Source: Mytilus edulis (lineage: Eukaryota). Taken from it: a stretch of 64,000 bases of DNA. Shown here piece by piece: positions 38,201 to 61,000 of this stretch. The notes below the pieces were generated by a model. It was not told where the DNA came from. It saw only the letters and a program-made list of their open reading frames with translations, and did not search any database. The position numbers and the translations under genes are program-made. The DNA lies in assembly GCF_963676685.1 (NCBI RefSeq), contig NC_092347.1:34472001-34536000 (forward strand), given 5' to 3'. How positions within the stretch are numbered: the first letter of the stretch is position 1; each line of letters starts with the position of its first letter.

Positions 38201-41107
38201 ATTCTTTTTATCCAGAATTCACATCCTCGAAATTGTCATAATTTTTTTACCATGTACAACATCTTTGAAACTCAAACTATATCAATTTCTTAATATAAAA
38301 TATCAAAATGATTGTTTACTGCAGAATCAACCACCAGAACAGAGATATGCTACAGAATTAGAACAGATGGCTGCTATGGGATTTATTGATCGGGAACAGA
38401 ATCTCAGAGGTATGCATATTACAATTTTATGCCAAGGGTGTAAATAACTGCTAATTGAATCAGATTGAATCATCAAGCACCTTAAGAGTACATGCTATTG
38501 ATTAATATGCTCAAATAAACTGCAATATGTGTGCACTTTATCACTGCAAAAAGTAGCTTTTCCTTCTAAAGAATTGTAGTATTCACCTAAATGCAATTGT
38601 GCTATATCATACTTGTAGTTGCATCACCATACCTCAATGGAAGACTGGAACGTAGATGATAAATATGTGCACAACTCTTCCAATCATTAACCAGTGACTT
38701 TGATCACTTCCATTATTGGTTGGGTATTTACAACCTTTGTACAGAATGAAAAAAAAATAATACAAATTGTTTCTATGGATGCATGTACCCTGTGCCATCT
38801 CTTTGTGTAATGTTCATAATTTTCAAGGGGAACAGCCCTTGTTGGTAGAATATTCATTAACAGAAAAATGACATGTGACAATTGATTGGTTATAGACAAT
38901 TAATAGAAGTTTTTGTGTTAAACTTGCTAATAATTTGCTTCTATAAATTCAGAAATTTTTATGTGCATTTATTAACAAGATAGTTGAGCAATGTAAAAAA
39001 AAAATGAGATTAATAATTGCGTTTTCAAAAAAATAAAGCTCTCAAAATTTGAAATACAAGTTTTTATACGACCGCAAAAATTGAAAATTTTTTGGTCGTA
39101 TATTGGTATCACGTTGGCGTCGTTGTCTGCGTCATCGTCCGAATACTTTTAGTTTTCGCACTCCAACTTTAGTAAAAGTGAATAGAAATCTATGAAATTT
39201 TAACACAAGGTTTATGACCACAAAAGAAATTTGGTATGATTTTGTGAGTTTTGGTCCCAACAGTTTAGGAATAAGGGGCCCAAAGGGTCCAAAATTGAAC
39301 TTTGTTTGATTTCATCAAAAATTGAATAATTGGGGTTCTTTGATATGCCAAATCTAACTGTGTATGTAGATTCTTAATTTTTGGTCCCGTTTTCAAATTG
39401 GTCTACATTAAGGTCCAAAGGGTCCAAAATTAAACTTAGTTTGATTTTAACAAAAATTGAATCCTTGGGGTTTTTTTGATATGCTGAATCTAAAAATGTA
39501 CTTAGATTTTTGATTATTGGCCCAGTTTTCAAGTTGGTCCAAATCGAGGTCCAAAATTAAACTTTGTTTGATTTCATCAAAAATTGAATAATTGGGGATC
39601 TTTGATATGCCAAATCTAACTGTGTATGTAGATTCTTAATTTTTGGTCCCGTTTTCAAATTGGTCTACATTAAAGTCCAAAGGGTTCAAAATTAAACTAA
39701 GTTTGATTTTAACAAAAATTGAATTCTTGGGGTTCTTTGATATGCTGAATCTAAAAATGTACTTAGATTTTTGATTATTGGCTCAGTTTTCAAGTTGGTC
39801 CAAATCGGGGTTCAAAATTAAACTTTGTTTGATTTCATCAAAAATTGAATAATTGGGGTTCTTTGATATGCCAAATCTAACTGTGTATGTAGATTCTTAA
39901 TTTTTGGTCCCGTTTTCAAATTGGTCTACATTAAAGTCCAAAGGGTCCAAAATTAAACTAAGTTTGATTTTAACAAAAATTGAATTCTTGGGCTTTTTTG
40001 ATATACTGAATCTAAACATGTACTTAGATTTTTGATTATGGGCCCAGTTTTCAAGTTGGTTCAAATCAGGATCCAAAATTATTATATTAAGTATTGTGCA
40101 ATAGCAAGAAATTTTCAATTGCACAGTATTCAGCAATAGCAAGAAATCTTCAATTGCACAGTATTGTGCAATAGCAAGAAATTTTCAATTGCACAGTATT
40201 GCGCAATAGCAAGAAATCTTCAATTGCACAGTATTGTGCAATAGCAAATATTTTCAATTGCACAGTATTGCGCAATAGCAAGAAATATCTAATTGCACAA
40301 TATTGTGCAATAGCAAGAAATTTTCAATTGGAGTTATCTTTCTTTGTCCAGAATAGTAGTTGAATCAACTTAAATCATTGTTTTATACAATATACAATGT
40401 ATATTCACTTTTACTACCAACTGATAAATTAAAACAATCTTTCCCATTCAGTGTTAACAAGCACTTTATTTTACATTTTAATATTTTATGATGTATTTAA
40501 ATGAGTAGTTATTGTTGCAAACTCCATTAGAAATTTGAATTGAGATCAGTTTTGGAAAAAGGGAAAGGGAGATGTGAAAAAAAGGGGGGGGGGGTTAAAT
40601 TTTTCTCATTTCAGATTTCATAAATAAAAAGAAAATTTCTTCAAACATTTTTTTGAGAGGATTAATATTCAACAGCATAGTGAATTGCTCAAAGGCAAAA
40701 AAAATATTTTAAGTTCATTAGACCACATTCATTCTGTGTCAGAAACCTATGCTGTGTCAACTATTTAATCACAATCCAAATTTAGAGCTGAATTCAGCTT
40801 GAATGTTGTGTCCATACTTGCCCCAACCGTTCAGGGTTCAACCTCTGCGGTCATATAAAGCTGCGCCCTGCGGAGCATCTGGTTACATACTAGTATTATA
40901 CAAATCATAACTGGTTCCAATTTTTGCAATGATAAAAATATCACAAAAATTTTATATCTTGTATTTAAAAATCATGCAAATACATCATTATACACTATTT
41001 TTTTCAACATTTGACTAATGTTTGTTTTTATTGTATTTCCAGCATTGACAGCTACAATGGGAAATGTGAATGATGCTATAGACAGAATTTTATCTTCAAG
41101 AAGCTGA
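26283..41107 (+). CDS. UBQLN1: Ubiquilin (UBL-STI1-UBA proteasome shuttle), ~575 aa, 15 exons
   Basis: Exons 26283-26390, 30297-30449, 30860-30943, 31388-31510, 32148-32273, 32815-32865, 33321-33398, 33725-33836, 34879-35034, 35259-35398, 35769-35852, 36487-36602, 37094-37340, 38325-38409, 41043-41107; total 1728 nt, in frame. UBL domain ([11 protein letters not shown]...[14 protein letters not shown]...TVHLVIK), STI1 repeats ([36 protein letters not shown]) and UBA domain ([29 protein letters not shown]). Paralogue number in the symbol is nominal. Confidence 0.96.
26717..27475 (+). mobile_element. Internally deleted hAT transposon in ubiquilin intron 1
   Basis: 13-bp perfect TIR CATACCTGTCAAC/GTTGACAGGTATG, flanking TACTTA duplication, CACCCG subterminal repeats, ORF 26849-27301 with [16 protein letters not shown] (hAT dimerisation domain). 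Confidence 0.88.
27486..29365. mobile_element. Long-TIR foldback element with a nested insertion
   Basis: ~370-bp arm 27486-27855 is inverted at 28230-28410 + 29189-29365. Confidence 0.82.
28411..29188. mobile_element. MITE with 5-bp TSD nested in the right foldback arm
   Basis: TIR CAGTCAGGGGACTTAC/GTAAGTCCCCTAACTG, TSD TTTAC, many AATCACT/AGTGATT subterminal motifs. Confidence 0.8.
30415..30622 (+). repeat. 65-bp tandem repeat (3.2 copies) spanning the ubiquilin exon 2 donor
   Basis: Units start at 30415, 30480, 30545 and 30610 (partial). Confidence 0.95.
34408..34606. mobile_element. PIF/Harbinger-like MITE inserted at the end of a HINE-like fragment (~34070-34405)
   Basis: TIR GGGCTATTCCAGAAAAAAATGTA/TACATTTTTTCTGGAATAGCCC, TSD TTA. 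Confidence 0.85.
39063..40883 (+). mobile_element. Helentron-associated (HINE/DINE-1-like) non-autonomous element with internal tandem arrays
   Basis: Subterminal IR TTATACGACCGCA/TGCGGTCATATAA, 5' hairpin, (CGT)n-like tract, 3' GC-rich hairpin, T-rich flanks; internal ~261-bp dimers (39285-40080) and 35-bp units (40090-40330). Reverse-oriented 3' fragment at ~59190-59400. Confidence 0.75.
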
Positions 41108-43831
41108 ATCTTTTTGTTTAGTATTATTGTAACTGTGAATTATTTGTGTTATAAAACTTCATTTTCTGAATACTTCAAATCTTATCTAGATACAATGATT
41201 TATAGCTGTAAACCCGTGCTATTTTAGTCTTTGTGGGGATTTCCCGCAAAGACATCAATGTCTGTGTTTAACGATTTCCTATAGTGTCAACAATCATCAA
41301 CAGACTGGAAACAGATTCATTTTTTCATTGCAGTTTCCAAATTTTTAAAATAGATTTGTTATATATATTTCAATTTGTTTTATACATGTATCACTGTAAA
41401 AATTTGTTTCATAAAAAAATAACCAATAATTTGTTTGACCATTGTACATGGCTTGAGTTTAATGAAATTAAATACAGAAATCTATCTGTTAATTTACATA
41501 CAGGTTTTCCAAAACGTTAGTAAATTAATGAATTTTAGGGAAATGTTATGAGGACAAGACTATGGAATGAATTTATAATCAGAGATGTTTATATGTTAAG
41601 ATGAGTTTTAACTTGCCAATGATTTAAACAGAACAATTGAAAGAAATAGAACTCAGTTTAATTGTAATTTTTTTTTGTCTTTAGTATTTAACAAAATTAT
41701 CCTAGTTAATTTAGATTTTTCACATGCATTTTTTATTGTGATTTTTAAAGAATGAACAAAGTTTTTAATATTGCAATATGAAATCCTGATTTTTTTTTTT
41801 TTAAATTTACAGTATATTCTTTCAAAATGTCGTATTGACCCATTAAACTCTATACTTTGACCATTGATGGTTTCTAAATGCCAGATTATCACAGATATGT
41901 GCATGAGGGAGGATTCATTATAAATTCTGAATTGTCAAAGATTAAATATTTTGTTTATGAATTATAAGTTTCAATAGCATCGTCTAATTTAGCAGTATTT
42001 TTTTCCACGTTGCTATAGTTGAACAATATTTTAGATGTCAGACAATCAGTTACCAAAATATTCAAACTAAAAAGTCCATGATCTTTTGTTATAAAATTAC
42101 ACAGCAAGTTAAGAATTGGTAAAAACATGAAACTAGTGTACCCAAATTACATAGTAATGAATTTGACATGTTGATTCTGTAATCAGAATTTTAATTGAAT
42201 CCATTAAAAAATGTTAAAACTCAGATCTACTATTGTTTTTTTGTTATTCACGTTTATTTATGTAAAATCTGCTTGCCATGTGTAATCATATAAACACATT
42301 GACTTTTGGGAATTTTCAAATGAAATGTTATATGTTGACATGAATTGAAAATTTGGTAAGTTTATAAATTCATGAATTAATGGATTACATTTCATATAGC
42401 ACAAATTGATCATCATAGACAAAAATACTTTTTGGAAACATAATATCGATCATTGATATACTGCAGGAGTCAACACTTTTCTAACTTCTAAAGTACCGAG
42501 GAACAGTAGTTTTCAAATGTTCAAAGCATTAAGCTTGATAAAAGTGTTCATTTTATGTGTGAATTTTTTTTTCATCAAATCAAATTTATAAGTTAAATTA
42601 CATACCAATACTTGATTGATTGAATTTATTATTTGACACATTTTTATGTAGTGATGGGTTGAACATATTAATAATATTGGTTTAACAAAGGGCAGATATT
42701 ATGATATTTTGCTTGAACAAGGGACAAATATAAATATTTTAAAGGGGCAGATATTGATATTTTGGTTGAATAAGGGGTAGATATTAATATCTTGGTTGAA
42801 CAAGGGATATATATATTAATAATTAAGTTGAACTTGCAATGTTAGCAGTTTACGTTGTGGCAATAGGGTGGGATATAGATAAATGAGTTATTTCCCCTTT
42901 GTTATATGTTAAATACAAATATTTGTTCTGTTAACCTTTGAACTGTATGTCTTTATCATGTCATCAATCTGTATATGTAATTAAAAGATTTTACATTAAA
43001 ATTGTAATTTATGGATACATGGATTTAGTTTAAATGCCTGCATTTCACATGTTAATACATTGGTTCTAATGCTTCCAATTTTAAGATTTATATATTTGTC
43101 TAATTGATAGATATAACATCCCTTTCATGCATCTGCCCGTCTCCAGTAACTACTTTTTCCTTGGTGACAGTTTTTTTTTTTTTTTTCAAAATAAGGAATT
43201 ATCAATTTACAACAATGAGCAACAGGGACAATTCTGAAAACTTTTCATGGTACCACATTGACATTACTTATTTTGGGACGTTTGTTCACATATTGTTAAT
43301 TAGTACATATCAGAATTTTAAATGTGTCAATGAACTAATGGACTACTCTCATCATCCAAGTGGCAAAAGTGTGCCATGTGAAATGTCAGTTCACATGTTC
43401 CAAAATATACCTGTTATTTGCAAAGTTTTCTAGTTTAATTAGTTTAAACATATTTAATTATAGTGGATTGAGAAACAAGTTATGCAACTTATATTAATCC
43501 CTTTCCACTTTGCCGGAGTTTTCTGATCACTGTGACCTACAAGTAGTCTTTGCATCTGCAGGCAAACCAGTTAAAGTCTGGACAATTACAATATACACTT
43601 AACTGCACCATGCTACAAACAAAATACAGGTGATACAAATTATCATGAAGTTTTACTGCAAGTATCACATAAACTAAACATTATCAATGATCCATGACAA
43701 TAAGTTAGTCAGAGGAACCATGCCAGACATATACACCTTCCAATCATTCCATACACCAAATATAGTTGACCTATTGCTGTAAGTTATAATAAACTGACAT
43801 TAACACAAAAACCTATCATTGACCAATGAAC

Positions 43832-44632
43832 TGTAGCAGATTAGTGAAGTGGTCTCCATTGAACAGATTGAACTGTCTCAGAATTTGGATTTGACTTATA
43901 TATATTTGATTTAATGTTTACATGACTGTTGAAACTTGCGTTTTCAGTGCAGCAGATACATCAATTTGATAGATATTTTAGTGTGAAGACCTTATTGATG
44001 AAATTTTTCGTTTGTCTTAGGGGGGAGGAATGTAGCAGACAGAGTTATTAGTTAATTTTTAGCTCCCTTTGGTAAAACTCTAAATTTCATATTTGATGTA
44101 TTTCATTGTTAATTAATTTACATGAAGCTTATTAAGGATATATTTGTTAAATTACATAGCTTTTGCTATTTTAATTCATTGGTTAAAGATATTTATTTAT
44201 ATTGTAAAGTTTAATATTTGCATCGTTGCAAATTCTTTGGTTACCTTCTGTGAGAAATTTATATATTTTATATAACTAGTTTCAGATTCTTATTTTGAAT
44301 CCTCTGAGGACTGACATTCAGTCCAACCAAGGAAAGCCAGGCTTTCCAACCAAGTATCCATTAGGTTAGTGCATTTGCTACATGCCTCCTTAGTATGGGT
44401 TAATTTGAAATCATATTGAATGCTCCATTTCTATTCACCTTTGGCTCTACATGATAAAAGTTGTACTTTGTTGAATAAATTATATATAGTTTTCAGTTTT
44501 TGGTTTCACTTACTTTGATATATTATAGCGCATCACTTTTGGCATCAGTCGTTTTCCGCACACATCAGTTTACAAACTAGAATTAGCTGTGGTCCGCATC
44601 CCCGAATCTTAGGCAGAATTGTTCCTGCTACA
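43832..44632 (+). mobile_element. Internally deleted LTR retroelement (Gypsy-like): intact 3' LTR with PPT
   Basis: TGTAGCAG...CTGCTACA termini, 4-bp TSD GAAC, polypurine tract AGGGGGGAGGAA (44019-44030) followed by a second TGTAGCAGA at 44031, AATAAA at ~44474. Confidence 0.75.
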
Positions 44633-47283
44633 GAACTAAAAAAATGAGGCCAAGGTCAATTGAAACTTGCAAGTCAGATATGTGCACCTTAAAATTCTTC
44701 CATACACCAAATATACTTGACCTATTGCTTATAGTATCTGAGAAATAGACCAAACCATCAAAACTAAACTTTAAACCATGAATCAGAGGTAACGGGCAGA
44801 TGAAACCTGCCAGTCGGAACATGAACAAACTTCTTACAATCATTCCATACACCTCCTGCTTATAATAATATCAAAGATATGGATTTGACCATGTAACTTA
44901 AACCTTGACCACTGATCTATGAAATGAGGTCAAGGTTAGGCAATACCCTACCTATCAGCATGGCAGTGTATAACAGTCACTTAACCATGAAAATGAGGTC
45001 AAGGACAATAAACATATGACAGACAGAACTTTCAAACATATGGTATCTGCATACAAGGTTTAAAGTATCAAAATACTCTAGCTTCTGAAATCTAAAGCTG
45101 AATACAAATAGTTTATGCCATCACTGCTGCAGCTGTATTGTAATCCCATGTATCACTGCAATGAAAGCAACATGGCATAAAACTATTGTGTCCTCAGATG
45201 GACAAAGACAATTTCCACACAAGCAGACCATAATTGATCCTGGGAAGAATAAATCCAAAAACAAAAATCATTCTATTTTTAATATATGACCTTTTCAGTG
45301 GAAAAGAACATCAATATAGAACACTTCTGATATAATCATATCAGAGTTTTTTTATGTTGTTTAGAACAGTGATTTAAAAACAAAATTAACAAAAATAAGA
45401 CACTAACCAAGAATAATGAGACAATTACAATGAAGTTATATTCAGTGTGAACATCATCTGTTAAAATATCCTCTTGGACATAAAGCAATATTGTTTAAGG
45501 TAAACAGATTTTGACAATAGTATAGTCAGTGACAACATTAACACTTTAATCATAACACAAAATATTTAATTGCATTGCAGGATAACCCAAATTATGTTCA
45601 ACTTCTTATTCGAACTTTTCTTTCATCATTCTATGTACTGCCAACTTTCACCTCTCATACATCTTATTTATATGTAAACAACACATTAACACATCATACT
45701 GAACTGTCGCACACTATATTATTTTTTACCATTCAACCACACATTCTGTTAAAAATTCATAAAATTCTGGTTGGAAAGTAAATCATAGAATGCAACATAT
45801 GTGCAACTTTGTTGTCAAATTTTTGCAAATTATCTAAATAAAATCTTCAATTTAGTTGAATTTCAACATTTGTTATTAAATGCATCTGATAATGTTTGAT
45901 ACAATTATTCATAACAGTTATTCTTAATTTATTACAACAAGCAAAGGTATCACTACATCAATCTGTGGTCATTCATAACAGATATACTCAACAATTAAAA
46001 TAAAACTAATTTAACTTAAATCATTATGGCAGTGTATAACAATTTCAACTTAAAAATGTCTTTGCATTTTGATATTTTTTGTTTTAAAAAAGTTCCATGG
46101 CTGTGATGTCTCGATTAGGAAGACTTTGCTATATAGTATAAGCATTATTTCTCCCAATTTTTTTTTTTACACGGTTCACAATAGAATTACAAAATGAAAC
46201 CTTTATATTCTTAATATCAAATGAAACTGCTAATGAAAAAAAACAAAACATACCTGTAACTAGTGTTTCATGCATTGTCTATAGAAAATAAACATTTGTA
46301 TGTAAAATTAAAATTCCTTTTTAAGCATATTCATTAAAAATTATTGAATGAATATTTGAAGAGAAAAATGTAACAAATTTACAAAATGAGTTCATTTCTT
46401 ATTTGATTTATTCTTATTTCTAAATTCAAATTATAAATAATTCAAATTATAAAATGGTTTGTGAATACTCATGAATTCAATACTAAACATGATGTGGTGA
46501 TCTGAACCAATTAATGACAACACTCCAAGAAAGACCTTGCCAGTTATTTTATAGATTTTATAAATTAGATCCATATATACCTGTTATTTCTAACCACTTT
46601 TGTTTATATGAAATTCCATCATCATATCATTTTGTGTTTGTTATGATAAAATTTTTAAACTGTATAATAAAAGCATTTTACAGTTAATGCCCATTGAAAT
46701 AAGTCTATTGTATATAATATAAATAATAAGTTGTTTTAAAAGTACATATTTTCAGAAAAAGAAACAAAATAATTAACTTTCAGAAACTTCCTTTTCCTTA
46801 ATTTCCAATTTGACAAATAGAAGTCTCAACAATTCCTGTAATACTTACTAATTTTATACAAGTCATTCAGAAAACTAAAGAAGCAAAAAAGTAACAAAAT
46901 TTGACTTAACAACAGCTTATTGAAGCAAAAATGGATAAAAGTAACAATATTTTAACAGAGTTGACTCAGGCATCCCTTTAAAATAAATCTATAGATGAAA
47001 ACTGAATATCTACAATGAATTGTGGTTGTTATACAGTACTGACCATAACTTGATTCTTACAATGAAACGAAATTAATCAAAGTGAATTCATGAACTTTGT
47101 TTTACATGCAAACTACTTCCGGGGACATCCCTTTATCAATGCCATTTTCAGTTCACTTTTTTAGCATGTGTATAACCATTCAAACCATTGAGGTAATGAA
47201 TTACCAAAAACAATTCGAGTCCAGGTTGTCAATCAACCATCCTTATATGGCTTCCTTCTTCTGTCAATCAAGAAATAGAGCTA

Positions 47284-56487
<9,204 letters not shown>

Positions 56488-56599
56488 GTTTTCAATGCTG
56501 GCTTTCTGCTACATATCAGTAGTTTCCAATCTTATAAATGTCAAAATGAGAGCTTAAATGTTGTTTTTCTGTATCTGTTTTGGTTTATTTCTACATTCT

Positions 56600-56647
56600 C
56601 AACGGAAATGCGACTGACGGAAGTCAAATCAAAAGCGCCCTCTAGTG
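56600..56647 (-). promoter_or_regulatory. Putative DCAF12 promoter motifs (two ETS-like CGGAA sites and a CTCF-like site)
   Basis: ACGGAAAT, ACGGAAGT and GCGCCCTCTAGTG in a locally CpG-containing patch 110-160 bp upstream of the inferred ATG. Confidence 0.45.
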
Positions 56648-57727
56648 TTAATACCAGTGCCCTGAAAATTAACCTTTCTCATTTAGATAAAACAATGTAA
56701 AATCAGTGCTAGTTTGTCAGGTTTATTAAGAAAATATTAAATAATTAAATATGTAAATGAGAAGTCATCTCAGCTTAAAAAGAACTAAGCCCATCGCACG
56801 AAGAAATAAATAGTCTCATTGAAAAGAAGCCAACTCGCCCCATTGTAAAATCGTCCCACACCATATCGCCACGAATTTCTTCTAACTCGCCCCACTCATA
56901 AAAAGTGTTAAATTTAGTCCTGTCAACTCACACAATTTGTACAAAGTGTAAAATCCTGATGTATAAATGTTGGCCAACTCGCTCCAGTTATGAAAAAATG
57001 GTAAAATCCTGACAAATTTGGTCCTGCTAACTAGTCATGGTATAATATCGAGATGTCAACTTTGAAGTGGTTCCTTACACCAATTCATACAAATGTTTTT
57101 CATCCAAGCATTCCTAACCAGTGACTGTGTTAGCACCAACATACCTGCCAACATTTCAAAATGTCCATGGGGGTTTTGCGTGCAAGATGGCTGTCATAGT
57201 CCTAAACAACCTTCAAGAGGCATTCAAATACATTTTAATGTTGTCACGGTTTGGCTTCTTCATACTTTTATAATCCTAAAGTCATTTTAAAATTAATTGT
57301 TTTGTTTAAAATTGTGGATAAAATTGCTCTTTCAAAATTTCAATTTGAGAGCCTCCATGGGGGACATCCGCCGCAAATAGTGACTGTTGGCAGGTATACA
57401 CCAACCAGGTCCCTTTGGCAAGTCACGGAACCAAAGACGAATAATTTTATGTAAACAAGAATGTGTCTATAGTACATGGATGCCCCACTCGCATTATCAT
57501 TTTCTATGTTCAGTGAACTCTGAAATTGGGATAAAAACTCTTTTTTGGCATTAAAATTAGAAAGATCATATTATCTTAGGGAACATTTGTCAATATTTCA
57601 AGTTGATAGGACTTCAAATTTATCAAAAACTACCTTGACCTAAAACTTTAACCATGTTGACCGTCCTGAAGTGGGACCGACAGACTAACGAACAGATGCA
57701 CAGACCAAAAAAACATGATGCCCATAA

Positions 57728-58013
57728 AAGACGACATCAAAAGATCAATGTAAGATAAAAAACTTAATTCAAATAGTTTGGGGAAGGTGGGGGGGGGGGG
57801 GGGGGGGGGGGGTTGAACTGCTGCAAGATTTGGTTATCCGACATTGATTTTTACATATATCCATATGGGTCAATCAATTTTCCCCAAATTAAGTTAATAG
57901 GGGGGTAGGGGGGTCAGTGAACAAATTAAGTTAATAGGGGGGTAGGGGGGTCAGTGAAAAAACTATTTGAATTTTAAGTTTATTATCCTTCATTGAACTT
58001 TTGATGTCGTCCC
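57728..58013. mobile_element. PIF/Harbinger-like MITE inserted in a short HINE-like repeat
   Basis: GACGACATCAAAAGATCAATG/CATTGAACTTTTGATGTCGTC inverted ends, TAA on both flanks, internal 36-bp duplication. Confidence 0.72.
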
Positions 58014-61000
58014 TAAGTGGGGCATACAATTGTTCTTGAAATTAGTCTTTTGAAAAGCAATCATAAATTTTTGACAATGTAAATGATAATGTAGTTTTAG
58101 CATTTGGGTAATAGAGTTTTAAAATAGGTAAAATTTAACTGTTATAAGTGGTGTAATTTAACAAATGTGTCTTGTGTACTGTTGTTTGTCTGTCAGTCTT
58201 ATTCTTCTTTAGGCATGGAAGTTGTCAGTTTATTTTCGACTCATAAGTTTGATATCCCTCTGGTATCTTTCAGTTCTCTGTTTCATAAAATAAGTTGATA
58301 ATGATATAATTATTTGCATTATAAAAGTTTTTACTGTATACAAAATGGAAAAAAATTGTTGGCTGTATCAACAACTTTTAATCTTTAAAGATAGCCCAAA
58401 TGTAATAACAAGCATTTCAAATAGCAGATACAATACATTTTAAAAAAAAATCTAATAAGTTAGTTTAAGCAGTATTTTTTAACGAAACATTACAACAAAT
58501 ATCAGAGTGCTAATTTAACATAAATTATGAACAGACAACAATGTTATTTCAGTCTCACTAGCCATATTTCATGGAATTTGAGACATTCAAATGTTTGTTG
58601 AGCTGCTTGAGTGTAAACCTATTCCCGAATGTTACCTACAGAAATAAGACTTAGTAGCTGGTTTGCGCTACATAATAGGTACCACATGTGGAACAAAATC
58701 TGCCTACCCTTCCGGATAACCTGAGATCAACCAAGTTTTTGGTGGGGTCCCGGTGTATCTATTTCTATTTAGCCATGGTGTTGTCAGTTTATTTTCAAAT
58801 TTTGAGTTTGAATGACCCTCTGTTATCTTAAGCCTCTCCTTTGAATAATTCTTTTATATTTCAAAAGGTAGAAGACCTGGATGATTCATATCATCAATAC
58901 AGATGCCTCATGTTATTAAGTTTTTGTCCGGCATGGTCATTGTCTTAATTCTCATTTTATTGTTGAGTGACTGCTTAAAAGTAAGACTGCACTTCAACCC
59001 GTCTCCCCTGCTTTACAGATTTTAATTAAATTTTTTAAGACAACAATTTAACTGCAAGTATCCCAAATGATACTTCATGTAATTTGCAAAAGACGTCAAA
59101 TAAAGGCAACAGTAGTATACCGCTGTTCAAAGTCAGATGATCCTTGCCAGACTGAAATATAGTAACCCTATTGTTTACAGTATCTGAATAAATTGCTTCT
59201 CCGAGCGCAGCTGGATAGGACCTCAGATGTCCAACCCTGAACAGTTTGGGGAAAATGGACACAATATTTGCGCTTGATACAGGTCTGAATTTTGATTGTA
59301 ATTAAATGTTTGACACATAATGGGTTTCTGACACAGAATTAATGAAGGCAAAGAACTTAGAATTGGATATATGATTTGAATTTAATTTTTGCTTTTGTGC
59401 AATACAAAATGTGTTATTGACTATATCAACTTTATTTGGAGTGTGGAATGATTTTAAGGTGAACATGTCTGTCAGGCAGGTTTCATATGACCTTGATTTT
59501 TGAGATTGACAACATAAAATTCAGTCATTAACAGTAAAACAGACAGTTTAGCCTTTACAATCTGGTCTAATATAGTACTGAGTTACAGACAACTGTGAGC
59601 TTTTTCTCAAATGAGTATCTTTTTCTCTACTTGTTGAACTTAACTTTGAGAGTAACAGGTATTTGGCAAGTGACTTTAGCATTCCTGGAATAGTTTGATA
59701 AAAATATCTTTCTAGCTTAACCATTTGGATTTTTGGTATCATTTTGATACTCACAAGGAGATCGAAGAATTTGCACTCAGGTCACAATAGTATTAGTCAT
59801 TACTGGGATGTAAATGTATTATTAGCTAAATGAAACAGTTCATCTCAAACAACATATATTAGGGTGGTAAAGGGGGGCTATGAGCACAGAAACATATGAA
59901 TTAAAAATCTCAAAAACGTTGCACGGAAAATAAAAATTGTGAAAAACGAAGCATGAAAAATTAAATTGTAAATATTTAGGAAAAAGTACTAAAAGTTATT
60001 ACTCAGACGTTCTTTAGATTCATGCATTCATTATTAAGTGATCCTGTGGTCAACTCTAAGCGTCCGCTAGTTGCATCTGAATTGAAAAAATATGTTCATA
60101 GTACTAGTATTTATAGTAATAATTTGAAACCCATTAATATCCTGGGAACACATAATTTAAAACAATCTCCAGGGTTGTAAGGGGAGCCAACGGAGCGATG
60201 CGAAAATATTTTTGACCCATTTTAAATTATGCAGAAAACTATATTTTTCTGACATTTTCCCTGTATGCAATATACCTTTCAGAATCAACAACTTGTCAGA
60301 TTTTTGTTACATTTCAATAAATAAGAGCCTGGAACATATTGAATACAGTTATAAACAAGAGTTATTTTAGGTGTGCCGGTAAAGTAAGATTTTTGTTTAC
60401 GCTTCATCCTGCTTTTATGACTCTTCACAAGCAACTTTTACTTAGTGCGAACCTAAAATGGAAGGCGTCCTGAAGCTGAGCATTTTTTGTGGTTCATCAT
60501 ACTTTTCATTTGTGTCCCAATCGAGCTATTTTACCTAGTTTTCACAGACAGTGGCGTAGCTTGCATGTATGCTCAGATGCTCAAGCATCCACATCATTTT
60601 GACAAAAAAAATAAAAATAGCAGCAGTTTAACTCGGAAGTGTCCAAATGTAACAAGGCTGAGGATATGGGGGATAAAGTCCAGTCATTTTCGAAGCAGCA
60701 TTCCTGATCTTTCATTTAGGATAATTTGGTTTATGTAAACAAGATAGTTGAATCGCAATATAGTGTTTCAAGTTAGCTTTTGTTCATAAAAAAAAAGTCA
60801 TCGACTAAGGCAAGCGGAGAGGACTGATACGCAGACCCGTGGACATGTTTCATCTGAAATTGAACCTAGTGGAGAGATGGCTTCTCATTTGACTATAGCA
60901 ATTGACAACTAAAACACCATATCCTGATATCGTTTCTTGCGATATGGTAAACGACGTGATAAAAAAATCAATTTGTAATAGATCGTGATAAGTCCTAGGC

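Noticed and set aside
57780-57960. Long G-runs (also 12640-12740, 22390-22520, 34430) as functional G-quadruplex elements
   Set aside because: All lie inside MITEs, homopolymer lengths are unreliable, and there is no evidence of a locus-specific role.
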